Made by a program: the position numbers and the translations under genes. Positions 1-11,132 of a DNA stretch of 64,000 nucleotides are shown here, in pieces (position 1 is the first letter of the stretch; the number at the start of each line of letters is the position of its first letter). Under the pieces are notes generated by a model, which saw only the letters and a list, made by a program, of their open reading frames with translations, did not search any database and had not been told where the DNA came from. This DNA comes from Penicillus capitatus (lineage: Eukaryota > Plantae > Chlorophyta): contig OZ287707.1 of NCBI GenBank assembly GCA_965649825.1, positions 612,292-676,291 on the forward strand. The letters run 5' to 3'.

Positions 1-1
1 T

Positions 2-1387
2 GAAAGAAAAAGGATCAAGGCTGCGCCATACGGTCCACATGTGGAGGAGAGAGAACGGACGATTTCGATCCCAGCAATCCCGCAGACTGAGTATCGAGAA
101 ACACACTACGTGAAGACACGTGCAGGCTATGCGCTCCCAATGTTCAAAACGGGGAAATTTCCCGAGTGGTACAAACCGTTGTTACCACCACAGGCGAAGC
201 CGGAGAAAAAGAAGCACCAAAAGAGATGTACATCAAAGAAGAAGAAAGGATGTGGAAGAAAGAAAGGCCCGAAGAAGCATGAGAAAGCTAAAACAGAGCC
301 AAGTCCACTACCAAGTTCAACTCTAACGGCGGAATCCAAAATAGAAACGACAACACTTCCAACAGTCGAGGTGCCGTCCGAGTCGCCCGAGATCGAGGTG
401 GAGCCGTCCGAGTCGCCCGAGATCGAGGTGGAGCCGTCCGAGTCGCCCGAGATCGAGGTGGAGCCGTCCGAGTCGCCCGAGATCGAGGTGGAGCCGTCCG
501 AGTCGCCCGAGATCGAGGTGGAGCCGTCCGAGTCGCCCGAGATCGAGGTGGAGCCGTCCGAGTCGCCCGAGATCGAGGTGGAGCCGTCCGAGTCGCCCGA
601 GATCGAGGTGGAGCCGTCCGAGTCGCCCGAGATCGAGGTGGAGCCGTCCGAGTCGCCCGAGATAGTGGTGGAGCCGTCCGAGTCGCCCGAGATAGTGGTG
701 GAGCCGTCCGAGTCGCCCGAGATAGTGGTGGAGCCGTCCGAGTCGCCCGAGATAGTGGTGGAGCCGTCCGAGTCGCCCGAGATAGTGGTGGAGCCGTCCG
801 AGTCGCCCGAGATAGTGGTGGAGCCGTCCGAGTCGCCCGAGATAGTGGTGGAGACGTCCGAGTCGCCGGCCACAAAGCCAGTCGTTCCTTCGCCGCGCGA
901 ACAGAAAAGAGAGAAACTTCATGCAGTGGCGGAGAAACAACGCCGCAGTGAAGTTCCACGGGTGATTCTCGAACCTCATGAACGTACAGTGTCGCTTCCT
1001 ATTATCAGCGAGCCATCTCAGATCTCACCCGAAAGAGAAAGCGACGAGCATGAATTGGACCACGACAATTACGATGGCCCCGATGGCGATCTGGATAAAG
1101 GGAAAGCCGAGACAGGATTGCACAATACACCAGTCATTGGAGACTTGGAGACACAACACCTTCACGATTTCCTCATCTTAAGATCCGGTTCAGCCGATCA
1201 GGCCGAACTCATCCCCCTTCAGATGAAAAGGCAGAGCAGAACTTCCAGACAAAACTCCGATTTCATACGCTTCGGTCGCTTTTCTCGGACAGGAGAGAAA
1301 ATGGGTGCCATGCAGGCGGCAACAGCAATGCGGTTCGATGGCCGTTCAGAAGTCGAGGCAGAAGAAGAAATCTCTGTTGCAGTCTAG
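2..1387 (+). CDS. Uncharacterised protein with an acidic Pro/Ser/Glu decapeptide tandem repeat; 5'-partial
   Basis: The frame is open from base 2 to TAG at 1385-1387. It has a Lys-rich segment followed by 16 EI(E/V)VEPSESP repeats. No recognisable domain. Confidence 0.6.
   Translation, partial: ERKRIKAAPYGPHVEERERTISIPAIPQTEYRETHYVKTRAGYALPMFKTGKFPEWYKPLLPPQAKPEKKKHQKRCTSKKKKGCGRKKGPKKHEKAKTEPSPLPSSTLTAESKIETTTLPTVEVPSESPEIEVEPSESPEIEVEPSESPEIEVEPSESPEIEVEPSESPEIEVEPSESPEIEVEPSESPEIEVEPSESPEIEVEPSESPEIEVEPSESPEIVVEPSESPEIVVEPSESPEIVVEPSESPEIVVEPSESPEIVVEPSESPEIVVEPSESPEIVVETSESPATKPVVPSPREQKREKLHAVAEKQRRSEVPRVILEPHERTVSLPIISEPSQISPERESDEHELDHDNYDGPDGDLDKGKAETGLHNTPVIGDLETQHLHDFLILRSGSADQAELIPLQMKRQSRTSRQNSDFIRFGRFSRTGEKMGAMQAATAMRFDGRSEVEAEEEISVAV
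368..866 (+). repeat. 30-bp coding tandem repeat, ~16.5 copies
   Basis: Nine units GAGATCGAGGTGGAGCCGTCCGAGTCGCCC, then seven units beginning GAGATAGTGGTG; no spacers. Confidence 0.97.
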
Positions 1388-2511
1388 AAAAAGGATTACT
1401 CGCTGAAACGCAGTGTCACAAAAAAAGCCCAACATTCCCTTTTACCTGTCCTAACAGTATGAGATCTTTTATTTCTCACAAGCAGCTTATTCACGATGCG
1501 TTAAAGTCCGCGCAAGAGCGCTATACGATTCACGAGATAATCGGTCTTTTCGTGGATGACGTATTCGCCAGTGAATCAGGGGCAGGAGTGTACTTTTGCT
1601 GTCTTTGTTATATGACAGGCGTCGCTTGATGTCATTTCCACGTCATATCGAACGGCAAAAATGGAAGAAAGCGTTATGTATGCCTGTGTGAATCCGTTTC
1701 CGCCAATGCCCCGCCCGTCTACGGAGCAGGATATGCACAAGGGCGCCGAGATCTCAACTTAGTCGTCTTCCCGTGACAAACGCACAGAACAGCTTGCGGC
1801 GTAACGTCGGCATTTCTGAAAGTCGTCGGTCGTCTCAAATCGTCGCTCACGTCTGATCGTCGCATAATGAAATGGCAGTCGGTTGTTGTTCAATGGACTC
1901 GTGTAGTGCACAAATCCATCGAGACAAAACGCAAAGATAATCGGTGTTTCGCCATGGACGCAGGAATCTATGCTTCGCCTAATGCTTTAACAAAATACAC
2001 GGAACATAAGACGCGCTTGAAAAGCGTACAATCGTGACGGGCGATGGCAAGCATCTGACGGTTTACCGGCATTAGTATCATAATAAAGTAAAAAAAGAAT
2101 GCACAGAACAACGAGGAATCGCCTTTCAATTCAAGGCGGCGATCGCTCGACGAAGACGCCGTCCCTGATCCTTGAGAGATTCAGAATTTGTCATTGAAAC
2201 GACGTCGTCTCCAATGAAGGAAAGGAATTCTTCGTCTTACAACGCGACTTTATTGGGGGCCTGGTACATAACCGCAATGCCGTCCATCGAAACATTCAAT
2301 CGTTGGAAGATTTTATCCTGGCTGTCTTTGCAAGTTTGTGGAGTGTCGACCATTCCCCCAGCAGTAGCATAATGGAATATCAGTGCCGAAATCCAGACTC
2401 GTGATCTTCATTTCCAGAGGCTGTGTCGTATAAAGAAATTTCTATTGCCGAAAACGTCAATTGACTGTTTGAAAGTACTGCGCCAGAGTCCTCTTGAGGG
2501 ATCTCATCAGA

Positions 2512-4304
2512 TCATGTCACTTTGGTATACTTAACTTGCTGTGCTGTTAAGTCATCAGACGTGACCCCTGGTTCAGCTACTTTGTCGATAAAAGAAGTGT
2601 CTGAAAGGACTTCCGGGGACGGAGAACGCGATCGCATCCATGCGGGAATGTATGTCGAGATAACTTCAGAGACAGCTGGCACAATCTCCGGTAGAACTGA
2701 TGTGGCAACCTCGGCGACCTGTGATACTGTGGGCATCTCCGATCCTTCTGGGAGGACCTCGGGGAGCACAGATACGACTGCCTTAGTCGCATTCGACAGC
2801 GCGGATGCTTCGGATCCTTCTGGGAGGACTGATGTGACGGCCTCGGCGACTTGTGATACTGTGGGCATCTCCGATCCTTCTGGGAGGACCTCGGGGAGCA
2901 CAGATACAACTGCCTTAGTCGCATTCGACAGCGCGGATGCTTCGGATCCTTCTGGGAGGACTGATGTGACGGCCTCGGCGACTTGTGATACTGTGGGCAT
3001 CTCCGATCCTTCTGGGAGGACTGATGTGACGGCCTCGGCGACCTGTGACACAGTGGGAATCTCCGATCTTTCTGGAAGGATTGATGCGACAGCCTCGGCG
3101 ACTTGTGACAAAGGGGGCATTACTGGAATTACTTCAGGGAGGACTGACTTGACGACCTCAGTGACCGCCGACAGTGTGGGTCGTTCTGACAGTCCAGGAA
3201 ACTCTGGGTAAAGAGAGGCTATCCCCTGTTCCAGCCTCTCTTTTAGCTCTTCGTATTGAGGAATCTCTGACGCTGGTGGCAGCAACGATGGCAGCTCAGA
3301 CAAAAGAGGGATCAATGCTGGAAGCGCAGAGTACAACGGCTGCATATCAGACGGATCGGGAAGGGGGAAGTCGATCGGTGGCCACTCAAGGTCCTCTGTT
3401 TTTCCAAACGGCCAAAGACAAAAGCCATAAGTTCTACAGACCTTCTTAACAGATGTTGGATCATGCAGCGTTCCCATAACAACCTAGAGCCGCATAACCA
3501 TCAGTACGCAGGAATGACAATGCCCTTTACCTGAACAGATCTTCTGAACATGTCTCTGAAACAGTCATCAAAATCTCTGAAAATAGAGATGACTCTACAT
3601 AGACGTATTGTGCTCTTTATGATCTGATCCACGTAGAAGTGCTTCCAGACCTCTTCCATGAAACGCACCATTGCTTTCTGCATCACACCTCTTTCTCTCT
3701 GCATTCTTGACTGCATTTCGTAGATCTCTTGCCTGGCAGACATTGCAAAGCCTCCTCTGGACAAATCCAAAGTTTGCTTTGTTGTCCACGACGTTGCATA
3801 TCTGCACTGCACTGCAGAAATCATGACTGGTCATGTCTTTGTTGCGCATTCCCGCTGCCAGCAACAGATCTGCGGGATAAGGGGTGAATATTGCTTGTCT
3901 TTTTGGGGTCTACTTACGAAGATCGGCAGCAAACTTCAGGCAATCTTCTTGCTCATCGCCTGCGAAATGTCGACAGCCCTGTTGACATCCACACAGACCC
4001 CCGTCTTCTCTCCATGGATTTTTCTCTCGGAGCTTTACCTCTCGGACGACGGAACCGATGGAGACTGGTGCATAATCAGGCCTGTTTATTTCCAATTTCT
4101 TAGCATCCAAGATCGTCGTGCAGTAGGCACAGTATCGAGAGACGGCTAAAATAGAAGAGTGCCCCGTCAACTCCGGACATGGAGGACAACCCCAAATGGA
4201 CCTTGAACGTTCTCAACACGCTCGTTCCCAACCTCATACGCCTTTGCTTCGAAGAACGTGAAGGTCAGCACTAGACCGCAGAGGAGCACAGCTGTGTGTG
4301 TCAT
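2512..4304 (-). CDS. Secreted saposin-B-type (two-domain) protein with an acidic repeat tail; multi-exon
   Basis: Signal peptide MTHTAVLLCGLVLTFTFFEAKA (ATG at 4304). Spliced exons give saposin-like Cys patterns YCAYC...CQQGC...EDCLKF...DFCSAVQIC and LCNVCQ...KKVCRTYGFC. GT-AG introns at ~4148-4203, ~3869-3913 and ~3485-3530. Confidence 0.6.
2690..3170 (-). repeat. Coding repeats PEGSEMPTVSQVAEAVTSVL / PEGSEASALSNATKAVVSVLPEVL
   Basis: 60-bp and 72-bp units; a 132-bp higher-order unit occurs twice nearly identically. Confidence 0.9.
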
Positions 4305-4487
4305 CCAGCGCAATACGGAGAAGAAAAACCACGAGAATGCTCAAAGATGTCACGTCAACAACGATTTTCCTGCCGATACACATCCGTCTGTCAACGTCCA
4401 TCGAAGAAGCATTTTACAACGTCGAAGTGTTGGCGGATTTGATTGATTGAAAAGAATGCATAAGTGTGATGCGAAGTAAGAAATCGT

Positions 4488-5939
4488 TTAGCAATAGAAG
4501 AGTGTCGTCATGCCTCCAACGACCAGCGCCATTACGAGACTGGAGAGGAGATTGACTTGATTATTGGAGAGGATATGGACACCCGTAATTCTACGGATGG
4601 AAGAATCAGCCGCCCCTTTGCCAGGGTAGTTCACCACTTTCTGCAGCTTGTCGTCGAAACCTGAGAATTGTAGCGTCGCTCCGAGCAGAGAATCCACAAA
4701 GGAGCCCAAGAGTCCTCCGACAGTTCCCAGTAAAACAAAGGGTAGGTATGGCAGTGCTGCCTGCATGAATCATCCACCTTCTGTCGCAACAGCGATAAGT
4801 GATCAGGGATGGACCTTAAGATGCGGTATGGATGGATAGAAGATCTGTGATGTCATCACGAAGGTGGTCACTCCAATCAACAGTCCTCCAAATGCACTAG
4901 CTCCCAAGCCCAACAGAGAAACGCCACCGTTCGTCCCTTCCATGCTTGAGATGAGCAACGTGTAGATCAACACGACGCAGTGCCTCACCTCTTGGCACTT
5001 TCCTCAGATCGGTGATGAGTCGGGGTTCCGATTTGGAAAGAATGCCAATTTCCGACGCCCATGTATCTCCGCAGCAGCAAGCATAACTTCCCAGACAGCA
5101 GCCAAAGAAGAAGACACTCGCAGTTGACAGGGCGCTACACGGGACACAAACTTCAGCGATGCATTCCTGTGCGCACGCGATCTTTACGTGGCCGAGAGGG
5201 CGATGTCTGGTTGTTGAAAGGCGACGCTCTGGCCAAAGAGCACAGCAAATAGTGTTGGCAATCCTCCATTGCACAGAACTTGTCTCCAGTTTCGTTTACC
5301 ACCCTTTTTGTTCTCCACCGTGAATTTATCTTTTGTCTTGGCTTTGTACTCTGTCCATAGAGAGGAACTGATAAAGAAGGCCAGAAGTTGAGCAAAGACG
5401 ACAGAACTGCTGAAGTGCGTCAAAAAGAAAACAAACCATGCGGCAACGAGGCCTGCATCAGTCAATCGCACACAAGCGCCAGATGCATCTGCGGCCGACC
5501 GGTGGTTGAAAGGGATTCCTTGGCCCAAGAGTAAAAACAAATCGCGGTGGCCAACAGAACGGAAGAAGGTAGTCTAGGAAGAAATCCAACTGCTTGTCCC
5601 CAGACGGTCCCACAAAACACCAGGAGAGCGACTTTGGTCCATCCCTTGCCCTATATCATGATGGAAAAGCACAGAAACAAAAAAGAGAGCGAGTTCTGCG
5701 TTACTTACTTGGAGAGGGGATCCGCCAGAATCGACAGAGATGTCTTCTGCGACGGCATCTCTTATTGTCGCAGAACAGAGTATGGCGGTTCGTTTGTTCG
5801 AGGGCGGATTCTTCGCGACAGGTGTTGGAAAAAGAGGATATATGTATCGATTCGAAGACAGAAAGTGCTGGGGGTGGCCGAGCTTCAGAAATGACGCTCT
5901 TCCAGTGTGCATCTCAGGCACGTTGACGCCGAACTTCAT
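4488..5939 (-). CDS. TMEM19/DUF92-family membrane protein (PGR/VTE6-related family); multi-exon
   Basis: Family motifs [38 protein letters not shown] and [12 protein letters not shown]...[10 protein letters not shown], joined by short introns. The 5' end is uncertain. Confidence 0.85.
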
Positions 5940-6369
5940 CTGTCTGGCGGAGGGAAGGAAAACAGCAGAAGGTTGAATGCTACGGTAAGACGATCGATGT
6001 TCACAGGCGAACGAACAGTCACATCCTTCAGTCGCGACGAATTAACCGCTTCTGTCGACGATCCTATCAAAAACAGCATTGTAAACAGAAATCGCGCACG
6101 AGATATTGAATCCGGAAAGAGGCTAAACGTAGACAACGAATTCTGCAGTTTTCTACCGTGAGTCGAGAGAGAAAGTTGCATATGTCCCATCGACGATGTA
6201 TTCTTTAAGATTCATTTTTCAACAGTGCCAGTTTTCGACCCTTTAAGGTAGTCGAGAGCGTGCCTCGGGAGGAGGGGCTCGTGGACTGCGAAGGGCCTTT
6301 TCTCTCTGAATGTTAGTGCATGCAACTTGGCACGCTCTCGCTTGATGATCATCATTTTCGTTTAGGTTT

Positions 6370-6597
6370 GTCACATCGTATCTGCCCCGTTTTTCGGGTC
6401 CTGTCCACCAAGGGAAGCTCATAAAGGTTTGCGACTTTACAGGGTTGGTTTTCTCTGGCTCTGAGCGTCAGATTGCTCACTTGTCTAGTGAAGTCTTGTC
6501 AATATTAACGTATAAATCTACAAATTCGAACTTTGAAACGCCACTGCTCTGTAAACGTAAAAAGTCTTCCGGTGAATACCTCTGAAGCGCGGCGATT
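6370..6597 (+). mobile_element. Degenerate type-B LTR remnant (B1)
   Basis: Contains the shared promoter block (TTCTCTGGCTCTG...TGCTCACTTGTCTAG), TATAAAT, and the invariant B motif AAGTCTTCCG. No TSD found; boundaries approximate. Confidence 0.55.
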
Positions 6598-6706
6598 ATG
6601 CATGACATAACTCAACCGCATGTTAAAGTTGTCGCCAAGATTTGCTCCGACGAAGTGATCGTCTTGTTCTGAGGAGTCATCTGTGTCAAAGGGCGCTGCC
6701 TGTCTT

Positions 6707-7212
6707 TGTCGCCGAGCGATGTGATATTGCCTTGTTCTGTGGGGGTCAGCTTGCGCAGGGGCGCTGCCTGTCTTGTCATCTGTGTGTCGGGACGATCTTC
6801 TCTGGTTCAGGTGGCGCGATGACTCACTCCTTCGTGGAGTCGCATCACCAGGGCCGTATAAAAGGAGGGGAATGGACGGACTTTTGCCTTACGATTTGTG
6901 TAAGACTTACCGTTTTCCTGCATCCTGGCGGATCATAACGCGGAGCACAACGTTCAACGCGCGCACATTCTCTACACGCCACTTTACCCTACCTTCGAAG
7001 ATCGTCTCAACCGGTTCCGTCAGGCAGAGGCCTCCGACTTGCAACAGCGAGGTGCAGAACGGGTCATCGACAACGCGGAAATCTGCCGTTCACAGCGAAG
7101 TTCAGAAGACGCCAGTGTCGACCTTATAGCGCCGCGCCCAGAAGACGTCCCTCCCCCGGACCATCAGACGCCTCTATGGTGACCAGGCCTCCGAGAATGG
7201 TTTTGGGCGACA
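6707..7212 (+). mobile_element. Type-A solo LTR (A1), 506 bp, nested in B2
   Basis: Ends TGTCGCC...GGCGACA; perfect TSD GTCTT (6702-6706, 7213-7217); TATAAAA at 6857-6863; internal conserved ORF. Confidence 0.9.
6925..7182 (+). pseudogene. LTR-encoded ORF copy A1 (putative CUG start; frameshift near the 3' end)
   Basis: LADHNAEHNVQRAHILYTPLYPTFEDRLNRFRQAEASDLQQRGAERVIDNAEICRSQRSSEDASVDL. An alternative frame PSDASMVTRPPRMVLGD aligns with A3 up to the LTR end. Confidence 0.7.
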
Positions 7213-7698
7213 GTCTTTTCAAATGGAATTAGGCTGCGTCTGGGGACATGGTTCTCTAGTTCTGACGCTCTGATGACTCGACTGCCTAGAAAGTCACGTC
7301 ATGATGCACATGATGAATGGGAAATTCGAACCGTTCTAGAGACCTTGCTCCGTGCACTTGTAAAGAAGTCTTCCGCTGTGAATCGCTTTCGTCCAACCCG
7401 ACCGGCGACAAAAGTGTCGAATTTGACTTCATTGCGAGTCAATTGTGTAATAATCCGATCGAAGCGACACCGAAGAATCGACGACATTATTTACCCTTCT
7501 CTTATCTCAGAACCCTCCCTCGCACTAGTTCTCGCCGGCGACTGTATTGGCTACGGTCTGTCTTCCCCAGCGAAATCCGACCATGCCTATTTCATCCTCC
7601 ACTGTTTATCCGCTAGTGTTCTTCTCCGGTGTCACAGCCTCGTGCTATAGAGCGATGAGAAACAGACGACGGCGAAGGCTTAAAGTTTATAAAAACTG

Positions 7699-8187
7699 TG
7701 TTACCATTTGCTGTTTCCTCCTGTTCTACCTCGATGGCTGTTTCGGACGGCCCAGTCGTTACCAGGTAGGTCCTCAGAGTGGACAACCACGAGCTCAACA
7801 CTTGCGTCTTCGGAATTTCTTTGCGAAGCGTAGATTTCTCCGTTGTCTATGTATAATACGCTCGGCACCCATTGGAGAAGGTCCGATTGTTCTCCCTGAC
7901 GGAAGCGGTTCAAACGCTCCTGAAAGGTAGGTAAAGTGGAGCGTAGTGAACGATCGCACGCGAGATGTCGTGCTCAGCGTCGTCGTTGGCCAGGGTGGCA
8001 ACGCCTCGGAGAAAAGAAGATAAAAATTAGCGGTCAAAATCTTACAAGGTTTCTTTCCTTTTCGCTTTCACAGAACTACTGAATGCTTCAACGTCCCACC
8101 TTTGTACCGGCCCGACGACATGACTTCCTAGGCAGATGAGTCAGCACGTAAGCAGAGCCAGAGAAGAGCGCCCCCTTCACAGAACGG
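7699..8187 (-). mobile_element. Type-A LTR (A2), 5'-truncated; ORF frameshifted
   Basis: Promoter block TGACTCATCTGCCTAGGAAGTCATGTC, GCCACC-CTG-G at 7993, fragments LANDDAEHDISRAIVHYAPLY / NRFRQGEQSDLLQ / DNGEIYASQRNSEDASVELVV, and 3' end GGTAACA. No TSD. Confidence 0.75.
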
Positions 8188-8457
8188 TGTCGCCGGTCGG
8201 GTCGGACGCAAACCGTAAAACAGCGGAAGACTTTACACGTACTCGGAGCAAGGTTCAGAAAGGTCGAGATTGTCCATTATATACTCGCGTGGTGACAATA
8301 CGTTCCTAAGCATATGAGTCAACCTGTACGCAGAGCCAGGTGAAAGGGCCCTTTCACAGAAAAGAAGCCCTTCTGTTGTGACAATAAGCGTCCTTCCCAC
8401 CAAATGACTCACACAGAACAAGGCAGTCAGTCACATCGCCATGACGAATCCCACACA
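8188..8457 (-). mobile_element. Type-B LTR (B3), 270 bp
   Basis: 3' end CCGACCGGCGACA, AAGTCTTCCG motif, TATATAA and the promoter block. The 5' end is diverged and no TSD is recognisable; it directly abuts A2. Confidence 0.75.
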
Positions 8458-8551
8458 GATTCCAAACAGATTCCGGAATCTTCCAAGAACATTCCACTTT
8501 GTTACTAAAAATAGACCCGCGGCCTTGATGCGACATCTCCAAACCCTACCC

Positions 8552-8558
8552 TATAAAA
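8552..8558 (+). promoter_or_regulatory. TATA box upstream of the orphan ORF
   Basis: CCCTATAAAAGCG about 130 nt upstream of the ATG at 8690. Confidence 0.45.
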
Positions 8559-8689
8559 GCGTTGTAGAAGTACAGTTTTCGTCTCTCTTTGTGTTAAGGT
8601 TCTTTTTGCCTTTCAAAAGTTTCGCACTCATACGATTCGAATCACAAACCACCGAACAATCTACTCGACTGTAGTCTGTTTACCACTAG

Positions 8690-9589
8690 ATGACACACAG
8701 CGCGATTTTCCGTAACGTCCTTGGACGGAAAAAAATCAAACGCCACATACTTGACTCTTTTATGAATCGGTTGCAAAATGAACACTGGATAGCTTACAAC
8801 ACGTTGCTCTATGGAAAAAAAGCGCACCGACCCTTCACGGATTGCAAGTCGACAGTGCGATTTTTTTCCGTGTTTTGTCGAATATTTCAGTGGTATGATA
8901 AGGACCCTGTAGCGGAAGAGTTCATATACTATACGAACCAGCAAGGGAGGCGGGTACCTCGTACGTGGGCGGATTTTTTAGACGTGCTCTATGTCGCGGT
9001 CCAGGAAGAAGGGTTCTCACTGAATCTCGAGGAGTCGTTTGCCTACCTTGCTCATGCTGTACTCTGCGTAGCTTGCATGGACGGCGAGGGTTTGTCAATG
9101 TTTGTGTTTTCGCTTGATAGATACAACGTGGCCAATTGGTTCATACGCATCTTCTTTGCTGCGTTAGAAACCTCCCTTCCACCTTCGTTAGTAAATAATG
9201 TGCCAGATCGGGAACCGCAGCCGCGGGCGGAGACGTTGGGCGAGGGGAGCGGGGAACCGCAGCCGCGGGCGGAGACGTTGGGCGAGGGGAGCGGGGAACC
9301 GCAGCCGCGGGCGGAGACGTTGGGCGAGGGGAGCGGGGAACCGCAGCCGCGGGCGGAGACGTTGGGCGAGGGGAGCGGGGAACCGCAGCCGCGGACGGTT
9401 CGTGGGGTCAAAAGGTACCGTTTGCGTAAAACGTATGAGAGGGAGATGGCAAGACGCAGGAGGGTCGGACATCTATACGGTCTAAGGTCTACTCCGGCAA
9501 GAGATAAGAGTTTATCTACAATGGAGGAAGAAAATAAACAGGGACATGCCGAATGTTCTTCGCGTTCTCGGAAGAGGTCGAGGACATAG
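8690..9589 (+). CDS. Intronless orphan protein (299 aa) with a 14-aa repeat and a basic C-terminus
   Basis: Uninterrupted ATG-TAG ORF: globular-looking N-terminal ~170 aa, EPQPRAETLGEGSG x4, and an Arg/Lys-rich tail. Family not recognised. Confidence 0.55.
   Translation: MTHSAIFRNVLGRKKIKRHILDSFMNRLQNEHWIAYNTLLYGKKAHRPFTDCKSTVRFFSVFCRIFQWYDKDPVAEEFIYYTNQQGRRVPRTWADFLDVLYVAVQEEGFSLNLEESFAYLAHAVLCVACMDGEGLSMFVFSLDRYNVANWFIRIFFAALETSLPPSLVNNVPDREPQPRAETLGEGSGEPQPRAETLGEGSGEPQPRAETLGEGSGEPQPRAETLGEGSGEPQPRTVRGVKRYRLRKTYEREMARRRRVGHLYGLRSTPARDKSLSTMEEENKQGHAECSSRSRKRSRT
9212..9394 (+). repeat. 42-bp coding tandem repeat (4 units plus a partial)
   Basis: GAACCGCAGCCGCGGGCGGAGACGTTGGGCGAGGGGAGCGGG repeated identically. 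Confidence 0.97.
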
Positions 9590-10041
9590 TGGAAAATCAT
9601 GATGAAATGAAGCAGTGAGTCGGGTAAGGATGCGTTCGAGGTTGTTTTGAACTCGAATTCGTTGTCACGGGCCCATTGTCGAGGTGAGCGGAACTAAGGA
9701 GAAGCGGATGGTAACGGGGACTTGCCAACTTTGAGCGATTTAGCGACCTAACTCGTTATTTGGTGGCGGATTCTTCACACTTCCACATTCCTTGGCGACG
9801 TGCGGCGCATGACAGTCCACCACATCGCCATGTCCCAGGTCTCCGGAGTCGTCGCACCAGACTAGAGATCGATCGCTGTCGTGGTTCACCGCGTTTTCAC
9901 CGTGTTTTTGTTTGTTTTTGTGTGTTTGCGTAGGCGTCGTGGATTTTTCTTTTTCGCACAGCGAACCTTTTTCTCGTGGGTGTTCTAGGACTGCTGATCT
10001 TTTTCTTCGCCCTTGCGGGATGCTGCTATTCGAAACGTCCA

Positions 10042-10316
10042 TGTCGCCAAGATTCTCCTTGTCGATGTGACTGTCTTGTTGGACAACGGCCAGGTGGTGT
10101 CAAGGGCGCTGACTGTCTTGTCATATTAGCTCATTAGAGGCCAAAGGGCTTTTTTATGGTATAGGCAGCAGCTTTCTGACTCACCTGCCCATGAACGTCA
10201 TGTCACTGCGCGCATATATAATAATAATAGACAAGTTGCATGTTCGCACACCTTTTCTGAACGCTCGTAAAGAAGTCTTCCGCTTGAATCGTTTTCGTTC
10301 GACGCGACCGGCGACA
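10042..10316 (+). mobile_element. Type-B solo LTR (B4), 275 bp
   Basis: Ends TGTCGCC...GGCGACA; TSD GTCCA/GTCCT (4 of 5); TGACTCACCTGCC block, TATATAA and AAGTCTTCCG. Confidence 0.85.
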
Positions 10317-11132
10317 GTCCTGCAAAAAAATGTAGCTCAAAAACTGCAGTTTTGTAACCACCGGAAGTGGTAGAGCCGTAGCATAACCACCCAGGTGTAA
10401 AACCTCGTCTTGGGCCCATGACGGAGCAGACACTATTCGACGCCCCAGAACGAACACGTTACAATCAGTATCGTAAGAACGAACACAGAAAAATCAACAC
10501 AGATCGATCCGACTGTTCGGCTTCCCTCCTTTATTGTTTTGCCGACAATTGAGTTTTACACCAGGCGCGCCGACCATCGGTCGCGACCGATGACGGCTTT
10601 CAAGCTAACTTCCCCATAACGCTAGGGATGTGGTTGGTAAACATGAGCTGAAGTTCACAGATTGATAGGTGAAAAAGTTAGGAAATCCATAACCACTTTG
10701 GGTATTTAAGGCCGACATCCACTTTGTAATAACTCGTGTTCGTATCCAAGTGAATCTGATCGCGTTTGTGACATATTAACACGCGAAGAATCGACTTATA
10801 TTGAAACACATCGTTACATCGATTCCCAATAGATAGGCAAGCGGGTTATGCTCATATATCATCCAGAGGTGCAATACGGAGCAATCGGAGGAGAACGCTA
10901 GAACTCAGATGCTTGTAGGACGGGTAGGCGGGCACTCTGGAGTCGAAATTGAACAAGGGCGTGGAGGAAGGCGAGATCGGGAGGAAGGAGACCAGCGAGT
11001 CCAATGGCTGCCGTGGTGAGAACGGTTTTGTACAAACCAAAATTAAGACGAGAGATGTATGACGGTGGATACGGAAGATGTGTATTTTTCAGGACGCCTT
11101 GACAACTGAAGGAGCCCAGGCAACTAACTAAC

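Larger units (their letters stand above)
6630..7410 (+). mobile_element. Type-B solo LTR (B2), interrupted by type-A LTR A1
   Basis: Ends TGTCGCC...GGCGACA flanked by a perfect 5-bp TSD AAAGT (6625-6629, 7411-7415). Removing A1 plus one TSD copy leaves 270 bp, matching B4 (275 bp) and B5 (272 bp). Confidence 0.88.

Noticed and set aside
368-866. Possible CRISPR-like array
   Set aside because: The units are contiguous with no spacers, lie in a coding frame, and the genome is eukaryotic.
127-979. Several long minus-strand ORFs over the 30-bp array
   Set aside because: They are by-products of a stop-free tandem repeat. The plus-strand frame extends well beyond the array.
7085-7390. Type-B RNA as an antisense regulator of the type-A ORF (toxin-antitoxin-like)
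   Set aside because: Only a 9-nt plus 6-nt interrupted complement in one pair (A1/B2), not maintained in the other copies. B units are better explained as LTRs.
10575-10592. Perfect 18-bp palindrome CATCGGTCGCGACCGATG
   Set aside because: Roughly 0.2-0.3 such palindromes are expected by chance in 64 kb, and there is no associated feature.
10600-10830. Another possible LTR (GGGTATTTAAGG...TTTGTAAT)
   Set aside because: No paired TG/CA termini with a TSD and no clear homology to the A or B types, so it was left uncalled.
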